Shown piece after piece: positions 26,335-39,915 of a stretch of DNA of 64,000 bases (its first letter is position 1; each line of letters begins with the position of its first letter). The notes beneath the pieces are model-generated. The model did no database searches. It saw nothing but the letters and a program-made list of their open reading frames with translations, and had not been told where the DNA came from. Made by a program: the position numbers and the translations under genes. This stretch comes from Paragordius varius (lineage: Eukaryota > Animalia > Nematomorpha): contig OZ176057.1 in the NCBI GenBank assembly GCA_964247055.1, forward strand, positions 4,588,001 through 4,652,000. Reading direction: 5' to 3'.

Positions 26335-29300
26335 ATATGGGCATACCCGTCTTAATGCGGTATAAAAAATAAGTAATCCAAGTTATAATAAATAAAGACT
26401 CATTTTATCGATTACCATACGTCTGTTAATAGATAATGCTGTATGATAATTTTAAACCGTATTCCAATTATTCCTTCCCAATCGATTTTAAAAACTAATC
26501 TAATTACGTTATTAAAAAAGTTAAACAAGAATTTTATAATTCAAATAATTAGTATAAAATTGATTCACTTTAAATTATATAAAATGTTTTAAATACTTTT
26601 TCATATAATAATTCCATTTAAATTTAAGTATCTAAATGGCCTACACCATATCTAAATTGTTACTCAAAATATTACTGAAAAAAAAACGGTGTCAATATAA
26701 ATTTATGCTTCCATCCTAATAATTTTATAGCCAAAACTATAAATTTAGTTTTAAAAAAAAGTTTATCAAAATACTTCAACGCCATTTTTGTTTTGCAACA
26801 TTTTTGCAAATCCTGTTATAATTGAGCTTTTTAAGTTAAAATAATCAACCTTTTATTTAATCGTATCTTACAGTCATAAAACAGAAATGACGATTTTGTG
26901 TTTTATAATAAGACTAAAGCATTGATGTCGGGTTGACTAAATTTTTACATTTAGGTTTTATTTCTAAATAAGTAATTAAAGTATTTATGAATTTTTTAAA
27001 ATTTCTGTTCATAATATTATTATATAAGTGCATACTTTGGCTATGGTTTTAATTCCTCCTATATCTTTTTGAGTTATTTAATTTTAAACTGGCTTGGGAT
27101 ATCCAACAACCCCAATTTGAATCAATGAAACTGAAATGGTGTTGTATCCAAGTTAGGATCGATTTTGCAATTTTTTTTGTTTTTATTCCATTTTTTCATT
27201 TTTTAAAATATTATTTAAAAAAAAATCAGAATAAATAATAACGGTAAAAAACAAATACACCAAAAATGTTTGTAATATTCTGCAAATGCGGCCCGCCCAT
27301 CTTTTTTAATTCAAAGGCAAAGTCTGTTTTGAACACCCCTTTTCTAATCTAACACATGAATACAACACATTCATTTCAGGCCTTCGATTCAAATTGGGAT
27401 AGTTGAATACCCCAGGCGTATTAAAAAATAAATAATTCAAAAAACATCTAAATTGAAATTTTGGCATTGCACTTATATAACATTAATGAACCAATATAAA
27501 AAATTTATTTATAAAATACTTGATATTACTTATTGTAAGGTAAACTTCAAAAGAAATTTAGTAAACCTGACATGTGTGCATTAGCAAAATATAATAACAT
27601 ATAATAAACCCCTTTTTTCTATTTTTATCATTTTTAGATATGATATGAAAAAAATTAGCTTAATTTTAGGTTTTAAATTATATAGAAACGATATTTCGAA
27701 AAAATGTTGTAAAACAAAAATGTGGCAAAATAATTGAATTTTTTGTTCCAACAATTAAGATATTTCGGCGTTATTTAAGAATTTTTAGGATAATAGAAGG
27801 ATAAATTTAAATTGGGACCGTTTCTTTCAGTAGTTTTTAATAAATATCAAATTATATATTGTCTGGGGTATTAGTAATCCAATTTGAATTAAAGTGTTAA
27901 TACTACTTATTTGGCAAAGGTAAAATTAATTTTAAACTAAATTATTTGAATTTATTGTTATTTTATACATCCATATACAGATTAATGAATATCAAAAATG
28001 TAAAAATTGATGGACTACTGTTGCAAATTCATTCTTTCTAGCAATTGACGTATAAAATCTACACATATGCAAATTGCATTTACAGTAAAAATTGATTATA
28101 CGGACAAAACATAAATATATAAAATCTTTTTTGAGACAACTATGTTTATCATTTACAATTCTAATCCCTCGAACAATTCAAATTTTCCCTTAAACAATTA
28201 AAATCACTCTAAATTATGTGTTTTCAAGCGAATATAACTCTTTATTAACATTAAATATATCTTCATGACATAGTTTATTATTTTTTCAGTATTATTAAAA
28301 TTTAAATAAATATCATTTTTTAAAAAATTATAAAAAATATATAGGTAATTACGAATCTTAATAAAATAGACATTTAGTTTAGGGTAAATTTGAATTGTTC
28401 AAGGATGAATTTGAAGTGTAAATGGTATACTGATATCAATATATATATATATATATATATATTTAATTTATTTCATACTTTGCAAAACAAAGAGTTGCAT
28501 TTAAAAAAATTATAATAAAAGTATAGCGTTATTTTAAAAAATATATAGTCATTATATTTTTATCTTTTGTCCGCATAATTTTACTGTCTTAAATGCCCGA
28601 TTAACTACACTTTTGAAGTATGCATGGAAAAATTGAATTGATTAGTGTATTTGGAAAATTTTGAATGTTAAAATAAATTATTGTTAAATGAACGCTTTTT
28701 ACGAATATTTATGGAAGGTAAACTTTAAATTATTTATAATAATCATTAATTTATATTTATCCTTGAACAATTCAGATTCACCCTCGAACAATTGCGATTC
28801 ATATTTTCAACAATTCGAATTCACCCTAAAAATAAATTATGTGTTTTCGGATAAATATAACTCATCATTAAAAAAAATATATTTTTATGGCATAGTTTAT
28901 TATTTTTTCAGTATCATATTGATTTTAAATAAATTTTCAGTTTTTAAAAATATTAAAACATTGTTAATTTTTAATCTTAATTTATTTTAGAGTAAATTTA
29001 AATTGTACAAGGGAGAATTTAAATGGTATAATAATAAGTTTATTTTCACAAAACTAAAATTAAAAATGAAATTGTTTTATTTTATCGAGAAAAAAAAACT
29101 TGATTGAAACGGATTTCATTTCACAAACAGTTAAATCTAAAATATTAATACCTCGTAAGGACTGGCGATCAGCTTAAAGTTAGTGAAGAAAGTTGCAATA
29201 TATGCAGTAAAAATTTAGATTATACGGACAAAACGTAAATATATAAGGACAAATCTGTTTTTCAAAAGATAACCATACTTTTTCAACCTTTTCTCAAATA

Positions 29301-32300
29301 ATTACAATTGCAAAATATATAATTGATTTTGTTTCCTATATACATCTCTATTTTTCATACTTTGCATACAAATTTTATCCATATGTAATATTTATAAAAA
29401 TAAAAATTTTTTAATTTTAGAAAAAAATAATTTTCTTTATATTTTTATGTTTTGTCCGTATCTAATTACTGTATTTATTATAAACTTATAAATAGTAGCA
29501 CATTTTACACACAATATTTGATTTTCCGAACAATCCTGATATTTTCGGTAATATAAGCGAGTTATTTTGAAAAACGTTAAATTATTTTAAATCAATTTTT
29601 TGTAAATCTAAAATTAATTTTTTTACTAACTTTTGACATAATCTTCCAGTATATATTAACCGAAATTTGGTACACACAACTATGAATACTCATGATTTGT
29701 AAAATGATCATTTTTCATTCAAAAATTACATAAAAAACGCAACATTTTTTCAAGCAAAGACAACATTTTTTTTAAGCAAATTTCAAGAAAATTTTAAACA
29801 AATGCATTTTTAATCCTTAAATGTTGCATTTTGAAAAGCTAAAAAATTGTTTATTGGATATAATGATTCCTAAACATATATTCTTGCTAAATTTTATCAA
29901 TAAACTGGAATATATTGGTGATATAATTACAATATTATATATAACTTCAACATTTTTAAGTTTAAAAAAACATTAAATATGCGAAACTATAAATTTTCTG
30001 AGGTAGATAAAAATTGTAGCTCTTTAAGCTAAATATATTTTTAATAGGTAGAAAGGATACTCTTGAAAGATAAGAAATTATCTATTGAAAGGCACCCTAT
30101 TCACAATCTATTTCATCCTTTTGAATCATTTTAGAAAAATATAAATTATTTATGACAATATGGCAAAAAAAGTTTTAAAAAGGTTTGAAAGCAATCGGTT
30201 ATATAAAACATAATATATACATGACATTTACTCTAATTTTTGCTTTAATTAACCAATTTTTCGGGCATATATAAATTTTATGGAATATTCGATTTTTAGG
30301 CTAAAATACTTATAATACAATCTAAATATTTTTAGTTATCAGATGTACCTTAAATTACATATATTAAAATTATTTGATTATAATTACAAGACCAAGAAGT
30401 CATTTTCTATATCAAAAGTATAAGTTAATATTGTTGTTTTAAGAGTTTGACACTTAGTAGTCTCGTTTAATGTTACACATTTAAACTGGTCTAATTGGAA
30501 TTGTTATTTTTTAATCAAAGAGAAAAATAATTTTCGCATTACATGACTGAGATCGAATATGTTTTGACAATCTTACTACCTTTCATAAAAAGTGTGTGTG
30601 GCGCTACCGTTAAACTTAAAGCAAGGATGTCCAACACGCTCTTTTAAGTATGCAACTTTACAAAGTGCTTTATAACATAAAAAATGGATTTCAGTTAAAT
30701 TACTTACGATTATTAAAAGATTGATATATCATTCAAAAATTGGGCTTCAAAAAAAATTACAAAAAATCAAAAATTATCAAAACATCTGCAAAGATATTTG
30801 TTGGAAACCCCTGCTTTAGAGGTTTCTTTCAGGAGTCGTAGTTTTCATTTCTGGCACCCATTAACCTTCCCTGTAACCACTTGCGTGGATATGACCACTC
30901 ATAAATGGGTGATTTTTTGCAATAATCTGAAATACGTACAAAACGTAAAAATATGAAGGCAAAAATTTTTTTCTTAAAGGCACCATACTTTTTAATTCTA
31001 CATTTATTTCAATACAACTCATTACCCAAACACATTCTATATATTACATTGTAACTAAATAGCTTATATGCTAAAAATTAAGGTTTTGAAAAGTATGGTT
31101 GTCGTTTAGTAAAAACTATCTGTCTCTATATTTTTACTGTCCGTATAATTTCATTTTTCACTGTATGTATTTAAAATAATAACTTCTATTATTATAAAAT
31201 ATTTCATAAAATCCGCCACCTCTTTAACTACGGCGTGCATACTCTTTCCTCTAGAAACGCCTTAGCCCTATCCTATTATTTATTTTTACTCTATGATTAC
31301 CATTTACAATGATAAAGTTATTACCTATGATACTTTCCATATCCATCCCTATATTAATTATGTGATTAGATAAAAATTTGGGAACTTGGGAGTGATTCTA
31401 CGATATCTAAAATTGGATTAATATAAATGAAATTTCACAGTAAAATTTAATTTTTACGGACAAAACGTGAAAATATAAAGACAAATATTTTTTTCTAAAA
31501 GACAACCATACTTTTTAAATCATGATTTTTTTCAATATAACTCATTGTTTATGGAAAGGTGTGAAATAGAGATATATAGAACTCATACAATCACTATGTT
31601 TTACATTGTAACTAATAGCTTATGTGGGAAAAATTAAGGTTTAAAAGTATGGTTGTTTCTTAGAAAATATTTGTCTTTATATTTTTACGTTTTGTCCGTA
31701 TAATAACAATTTTTAAATGATATATATGCTGTAAATTTATAAATTTATGGGCAATACACAAAAAGTAAAAGACAACGCATTTTTGTGCGTATATTGAGAG
31801 CCCTTTCTTAGGATAACTTAGTGTCTAATTATATTTTTTGCTACATCTAAAATCAGTTGCCATCTATTTTTTACAGTTTGTCAATATTTTAGATCACGAG
31901 GTTGCCAATACGCTTTGTTCGGTGTTGCGCAGCTTTAAAAAATGAAAACATAATAATTTTGGTTTTAATCGAAATTTTGCCATTATATTTAAAATATATC
32001 ACCCCCTGAAATAGGGTTAAAAAAATTAAAACTAAAATAATTAAAGCAGCCCACATAGACATTTTTGTTGGACATCCCAGTTTTAGAGTTTGTAAAAATT
32101 CTGTTGTGTTATAAATTCCACATACCATTTGCTGTACTAATGAGGTCTAACATATAAAAAAAATATATGGTTAATGACTCAAAAAACAAAATTATATTGC
32201 ATAGTCATAGTTTTCAATAATCAACATATATAAAAACCAATGCGGCAGTATTTTAAGTCCCTTAGATAATAATCAAGCGAAATTTAACGGTGGTATTTTT

Positions 32301-32634
32301 TTTAATAATCCGCTAAGACTTAAAAATGCTTATTCTTTAGATCTAAATTTTAACAATTTTTTTGTAGAAAACTAAACTAAAACGCCACATTATTTAAAAC
32401 AATAAATTAATAATATTTTAGTATTGATTTTTTCTTTCACCTGAAAAAGCAGCCTGGTCAATGACATTCATTTGCTGTCGGATAACTAAAATATAAAATA
32501 GTCAATATCAAAAACCAGGGTAAATTTATAAGGTTGATATTAAATCACTTCTAAGCGTTTCTCTTGTGTCTAAAATTATTTTGGAAGATTTATTTTATGG
32601 TAAAAATTTATACTTGTAAGATGCCATTGGAAAG
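26335..32634 (-). CDS. Second micro-exon cluster (same gene or a neighbour): 32614-32634, 32549-32569, 32441-32485, 32126-32146, 31325-31348, 30580-30603, 29152-29172, 26416-26438, 26335-26350
   Basis: The first five join to xFQWHLT-NTRETLR-IIRQQMNVIDQAAFS-DLISTAN-GMDMESII. Strong splice sites at 32441 (ttttag/gtgaaa) and 32126 (tgttag/gtatgt). The last two (23+16 nt) are a frame-compensating pair. Confidence 0.55.
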
Positions 32635-35600
32635 CTATATATATAAAATATATATAATTAAGATTTCCATTAAAGGACAATTACACCTAAATCGCTTAAC
32701 TCTTGATGGCTTTAACACAGCTTGGCTAAGGTTGATATAAAAACTAGGGCTGAGCTTGAAACAGTTAAAAGACTGTGTGTTAACTAGCTTCAACAATTAC
32801 ATTTTTCTAAAATATAAAATTTTTAACTTGTTATCAAACGATATTATTTTGTTGATTATATTTTTTACAGTGACATTCATATCATAATATTTATATCTTG
32901 TGGGACTAAATTCGTTAATGTTCATAACATATAAATGCGTAAATGTCTTCAGTTCAAGGGGATCCAAAAATTTTAACAATAATGTATTAATTATTTTCGA
33001 AATTCTATTTATTATTTTTCATACCATCTTAATCTATTTTATAGAGAATGGAGACAAAAAACGCCTTGATGATAAATGTTAAACTGAAGTAAGAATACAT
33101 CAAGATTCTCATACTTTTATTTTAGTGCCTTTGAGTAAATTAAGAAGGTAAGTAATGTTTATCTTAAAATAACATATAATTTATTTGAGGGTGAATTTGA
33201 ATTGTTTAAGGGTGAATTTGATATATATAACAATAAAACAATATTTTATATGATTAAAATTTAGATCTTGAGTCCGAAAGCCCCTTTGACCCGTCTCAAA
33301 AAGGGATAGTTCTTTTTAACTAATCGTACAAAATGACAAGATGTCTTGAATTTTTTTTAATATATGCTAGAATGTGGCAAAAATATACTTTAGAAAATTG
33401 ACACTTGGATGTCCAAAAATTTACTTTTTATTAATTTTATTAAAAAGTATTTACTATGCTATTTTTGTGATTCAAAACGGTATAAATACGCTTTAAATTT
33501 TTATATGTAATTTGATTATACTAATAAAATTTATGAACAAACAATTTTGCTAAGATTTTTTGAGCTTAATATTTTTGCAAATTATAAATATCCAAATGGG
33601 CCGCATATAAAGCCTAGGCGTGTTTAAATGACCTTGTCCTAAAAATTCACAGTAACGTTCGTTTGTCATAATGTCAAAATCATTTTTTTAGATATATTTG
33701 AAGACGAACAACATTATAAATCAAAATTATGAGGTAGCAAAGAATTTTTGAATAAACATAAGATACTTAGCCTTTACCAAAAGGTTTTATTCGAGATAAT
33801 GACCATAAATTTGGATTCCTTCGGTTTTAACGACCCACAAAAGTGGTAATAACTTTTTTAATCCCTCCAAAAACTCGAACGCAACAGAATAATAAAAATA
33901 AATTTAATTGATTTTTATTTTTAATACGCTATTTAGTTTTCTTAATCATGCTTTACTTTGGTCTGATATCTTTAATAGTTGGTTTACTTTTAAATTGAAA
34001 TTAATTAATATTGAGTAGGTCATTCGTATAAATATGCAATTCGAAATTAAATAAATAAGTTTTTAAATAAACGAATAGCTAATTGAATTTGTCAAAAGGA
34101 GATTTAAGTTATGTTAATGACCACATATAATATATATACTTCAAGAGTGTCCTTGAACACTTCAAATCGGCCCTTAAACACTTCAAGATGGGCCTTGAAC
34201 ACTTCAAGTTGGTCCTTTGACTTTTTTGTTTAGTTTTTAACTTTTATCAATCAAATTATATATCATTTATTTATTTTATCGTTTTTAACCTATTTTAATA
34301 TAAATTTTTAATTTATATCAATTTTTAATCATTGAGAAACCGTATATTTTATTAATTTATTAAAATTATTTTATTTATCGGATTGAAAAAAGTAATATAA
34401 ATATATAAGTTTTCTGGGTTGTTATTTACAATTTTCATTGAAAACATTTATAAGTTAATAATTTTGTAACAATGAAAAAAATAGTTTGAATAAAAAAGTA
34501 GGCAAAAATTTTATTTTTGAATGAATAAATATATAATAAATAAAGAAAATTTGGTTATTTAAAAAAATAAATGCAAAAGTTATGATTAAAATTAAAAATT
34601 TTAAGGACCAACTTTAAGTGTTTAAAGACCAACTTGAAGTGTTCAAGGATCTTGAACTGTCCAAGGACCAACTTTAAATGTTCATGGACCAACTTAAAGT
34701 GCAAATGGTTTATTAGCTATAATAATTCTCTTTACTGCCTATCTTTGGCAATAATTAATAACTTTCTAGCAATATATGCACACATAATATACTTCTGAAT
34801 CGGTTTCTACTATTGAAATTTTCTAAATATCATATTATATATATATATATATATATTTCACAAAGTTATTTATATGCTGAAAAAATTTAATTATAAAAAT
34901 ACGTCAGGATTTTTATATTTTTTAAGTTTTGGGCTTACGTGTATAACGATTTCTTGATTTTGTATATCACAATAACCCCCATTATGCTGAATAAAAAATT
35001 TTTTGGTAATGCCAAATGTGGTATTATTTCAAAAAATTATTTATTATTATATACTATATTAAAAGTAATAATCTTTTTTATATAATTTTTGATAAGCTCT
35101 GATTGGCTTAAATTTATTCCTCATATCTATGGTCTAGTTTTTTAAAATAAAAGCCAGAAACTTTAAAACTTTGCAATGAAACATTTTAATATATGATAGA
35201 TTATGGCATCAAATAAAATTATTAGAAAGAAAATACTTTTAACATACATTTTCATTATATTGTACACAATGACAAAACGAGGTGGTTTTCTACCTCGGAA
35301 CATAAAGCAATAAATAACTACTTAATATAAAAGATAAATTATCTCAAGATCTTTTCTTCAGTAGTAAAAACTTGGTATTATATAATAACTTCTAAAGAAT
35401 CCCCAAAACGCCATTGATGCAACCAACTGATAAAATCAATAAATCGAAAAATCGCAGGGAAATTTTGAATCGAAACGAATGTTAATTAGAACCTTTAATG
35501 GCGGTAAAAAGGTTAAAGATGAGGATAGTTAAACAATTTTAAATTTTTTTAAAGTCCAACAGCTTTATATTTTGCTCATGATGGAAATATTTTTTATATT

Positions 35601-36619
35601 CTTTATTTCCCTGTGGTATGAATTGACCTCAAAAGGTAATGTGTTAAATAGTGTTTTAACAAAATCTTGTTGAGGCGTACTTTATGCTATTATAAAGCAT
35701 TTTGGAAACAGCATATACGATTTACATCTTATATATTTCTCATGCTATGAGTTTTGATAAATGAACATTTCTATCATCTCAAATTTTAACTAAAAGTTTG
35801 CCTATCTTCTAAATTAAATATAATTTTAGTCAAGAGGAAAACCCTTATATTTTTAATGTATAATTTGTATTATTAAAGAGGTTTTAATATTATTGTACGT
35901 AAAATAAGTTTATATTTAAAAAATTATTTGATGCCATAATTTTGCATATATAAAACAGAAAAAATATCGCAAGTATTCAAAATTTTGTTCTTTTTAATAC
36001 ACTAGCTCATTTTTAAGAAAAATATTAAGGCTTATCGGTGCCATCATATCTAAAATATGTTATAAATTTGAGAAATTTGGCTTTTAAAATTTTATTAACA
36101 ACCGCAAATTTACCGATTCGATATTAAGCCGTACCCACAAGAGTCTTATATTTTTTTAAATCATTCGTAAGCCCCAAACTCAAAACGATAAAAATCCAAA
36201 AGTTTTTGTGTGCACTCTCTATTTAAAAATATTACAGTAAAAATTAATTATGCGGACAAGCCTAAAAATATTAAGACAATTTTTTTTCTAAAAGAATTCC
36301 ATACAGTTTTAACCTTGAGTTTCTGAAATATAATTAATTTTTTAATATTGCAAAGTATAAAATCAGATGTAAAATGTAAAACACTCAATTTATTTTGCGA
36401 TTGTATAAATAATCTCTATAAGAAATATAAGGTTTAAAATATATGGTTATCATTTGAAAAAAATATTTGTCTTTTTATATTTTTCGTTTTGTTCCTCGTT
36501 AATTTCAATTATCAGAGTAATAAATGTGTAAGTTTTATCTATTATATTTATGGGGAAAATCTTTAAACGATATTGACGTAGATTGTGATTAACATTATAA
36601 ATCAAAAAAATAAATATAC

Positions 36620-36637
36620 CCAGTAAATTGATGAATT
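36620..36637 (-). CDS. Micro-exon 18 nt (EFINLL)
   Basis: cttttatag/gtatat. Confidence 0.55.
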
Positions 36638-39600
36638 CTATAAAAGAATATATAAATAATAGTATAATAAATTGTACAATAATATTAATAATAATGAATT
36701 CTATGATACTTAAAAAGATTTAATCAAATTTTATTATATGCTTTCTTGCCTTACCTTAAAATAATCAAATATTTTTTAGGCATTATTTAACCGGATCTGG
36801 AACATTGTCATATGCTGCCTCAATAAAATAAAATCTTGTAAAAATGATGGACTTGGAATTAGGGTCAACCATGATATTTTACTAATTTTAAGCAACATAT
36901 GCATTGCAATGACAAAATTTTCGCGTAAAATTAAATGATTAATTCATGAAAATTATAATATAAATTTTATGTTAAACTTAATACCATCATTTGTGGAAAA
37001 TGAATCCAAATTTGATTCTTTAATCAAATCACAGTAAAAAGTAAAAGTTAACGGACAAAAGGTAAAAATATGACAAAATTTTTTGCCGAAAGACAGCCAT
37101 ACTTTTAAATCCTGGTTATTTTAGATATAAGTGACTGTTTTAAAATGCAAGGTATAAAATAGCGATGTAAATTGATAACAGAATAAATTATGTATTTTAC
37201 CATTGTATTTTAATGTTTTTATAAGATTAAATAAAGTTTAAAAAAGTATGGTTGTGTTTGGAAAAAATGCCTTTTCACCCCTTTAAGGTCTAATTAATCA
37301 CATATGGTTAAATAAAAAAAGTTTTACGAATATTTTTGTTATGCTATATATTTTTGGGATAAAATAGTGTCACTCAGTCTTATATACATTGCAAGGGAAG
37401 CATTAAGATTCTATTATTTTGAATATTCAAAAAAAACGAAGGTTATTTCTATTAAAGCATTCATAATTTTTATGCTACTGAGTAAATAAGAATTTAACAT
37501 ATCGTACCATTACGAATCTCCAACATTCTTTGAATAACGGTATCCGAAACTATTATATTGATGAGAAGAAGCATAATTTAATAAAACTAATATGACTTGG
37601 TACTATTCTAACATGTAAAAAAAGTTGGTGGATTTTTCTTGCGTTTTCAATAAACTTTCCCATTGGAAAAGTCAACCATATAAAATGAGATTAATATTAG
37701 AATTGAGAGAATTATGCATTGTATTTAGAAATTTATTAAAAAAATTAAGCTGAAATGCGTACAACTATAAAAAATATATATTTTAATTTTCGACTTTTAT
37801 AGTAAAGTCTTTATTAAAAAAATATTAAATGAATTGTAACGTAATGCCTTATATAGTGTGATACAGGTAATTGATGAAAAAAACCAGTAACAGCAAAAAT
37901 TCTTGTATACTGGATCTTATTACGTTACAATTCATTTAATATTTTTTCGATAAAAACTTTACTATAAAAGTCGAAAATTAAAAAATATATTTTTTATATT
38001 TGTACGCATTTCAGGTCAATTTTGTTAATAAAATGAGATTAGTTTTTTGCCATGTACAGTTTCTGAAACAACATTATAAAACAGAGGGCCATACAATTAT
38101 ACAGCATAAAAAATTGTATTAATTTTAAAAAAGCTATTAAATGCTAAAAATAGTTGGTTTTTCTAGTTCGTTGTCAAATAAATAAATTATCCACAAGATT
38201 TGTTTAATTATCCATTTTAAAAGATTTCATAACCATATTTTTTCAAATTATGGATTCCCAAAATTTTAGCGGGCGGCCTATAAAAAATTGCTATAATTGT
38301 CAACAATGTGTAATTACATCCTGTCAATTATTTACTATTAACATATGCGCCACCCGTTTGGTCCTGAGATGGAAATAAATAAATAATTATTTAAAAAAAA
38401 GTTTGAAAATAATTATTTCTGGCAGCCGTCCAACATCTGAATAAGTAATACTAAAAAAGTAAGTTAATTTTCCGATGTTTTGCACACACATAAAACAAAA
38501 ATTGAAATTATACCGACAAAACGTAAAAATATAAAGACAAATTTTTTCTAGCAGAAAACAATATACTTTTTAAATCTTAAAGTTATTATATAACATAAAT
38601 TGTCTTAACTGTAAAGTATAAAATAGAGATGTATATATTAGTAACTTGATTAATTATGCCTTTTTCGATTATAATTAATTTTTTATAGGATAAATTAAGG
38701 TAAAAAAAAGTGTGATTGACTTTGGAAAAAAAATTTTTGTTTTTATATTTTTACGTTTTGTCCCCGTATTTAATTTCAATTATACTCACATATTGAATAA
38801 ATATATTCTTACAATGTATAAATTGTTCCGATACTAAATTAAATATATATATACAATTTTTTACATATTAATTGTTATATGTAATATATTTCAAGGATAT
38901 TACTGCGAGAAACGTGATCAGAACCTTTAGGGATAATTAAATAAAAATTAATAAATAGTCTCAACATTATATGATTGGAAAATATTAAAATAAATTTTAC
39001 ATTCCATGATATAACGGGCCTTTTCTAATCCATGTGTTAATAAAAATTTGATTTAATTAAAAAATAAATTCCTTTTTACAAAGTAATTATCAATTGATTT
39101 ATAGATATGAAGGAAATCTTACCAACAACTATTCGTACTATGATTAAATATGGTTGCATAATGATATATAATAAAAAAAATAGAATAAATTTTAAAACAA
39201 TATTTACCATTTACAGTTCTAAACCACCCTTAAACAATTCAAAATCACCCTTGAATTAAAATTCACCATAGAATTAAATTTATCTTCAAACAATTAATTC
39301 ACCCTAAAATAAATTATGTGTTTTTTAAGATTAAATATTACCTATATTTTTTTATAATTTAAACAAAAAGAAATCTTTTATGTAATCAAAAAAATACTGA
39401 AAATATAATAAACTTTGTAAATATAATTAATTTTAATGATGATTATATAAGACCGAAATTTCATAAATTATTTTTAGGGTGAACTTGAATTGTTCGAGGG
39501 TAAATTTGAATTGTTCAAGCGTGAATTAGAATTGTTCAAGGGTGATTTTTTATTCTAAATGTTATATATAAAAATACTTACGACTTTGACGGTCCATTTG

Positions 39601-39874
39601 CATCAATGCTAACAAAAATTAAATTTTTAAACAACTATGCATCATTTTATGATTGATAATATTTCATAACCTACTAAATGCAGTATTCCACTTTGGATCT
39701 TGGAAAAATTAAATAAGGTCATCAAACGTGAAAAAATGTGCATTTCAAAATTAAAATAAATATTTTAAATGAATACTTATATTTATAGCCTAACTGTAAT
39801 ATCAGTGTCTAATATAAATCAATTATTTTTCCTTAATTATGATTGATTTAATAAACGGGTATAATTGAATTAAT

Positions 39875-39915
<41 letters not shown>

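Noticed and set aside
38904-39137. LRIVVGSDH resembles the N-terminus of ribose-5-phosphate isomerase B
   Set aside because: Nine-residue similarity only, internal to a longer chain, with no downstream RpiB motifs.
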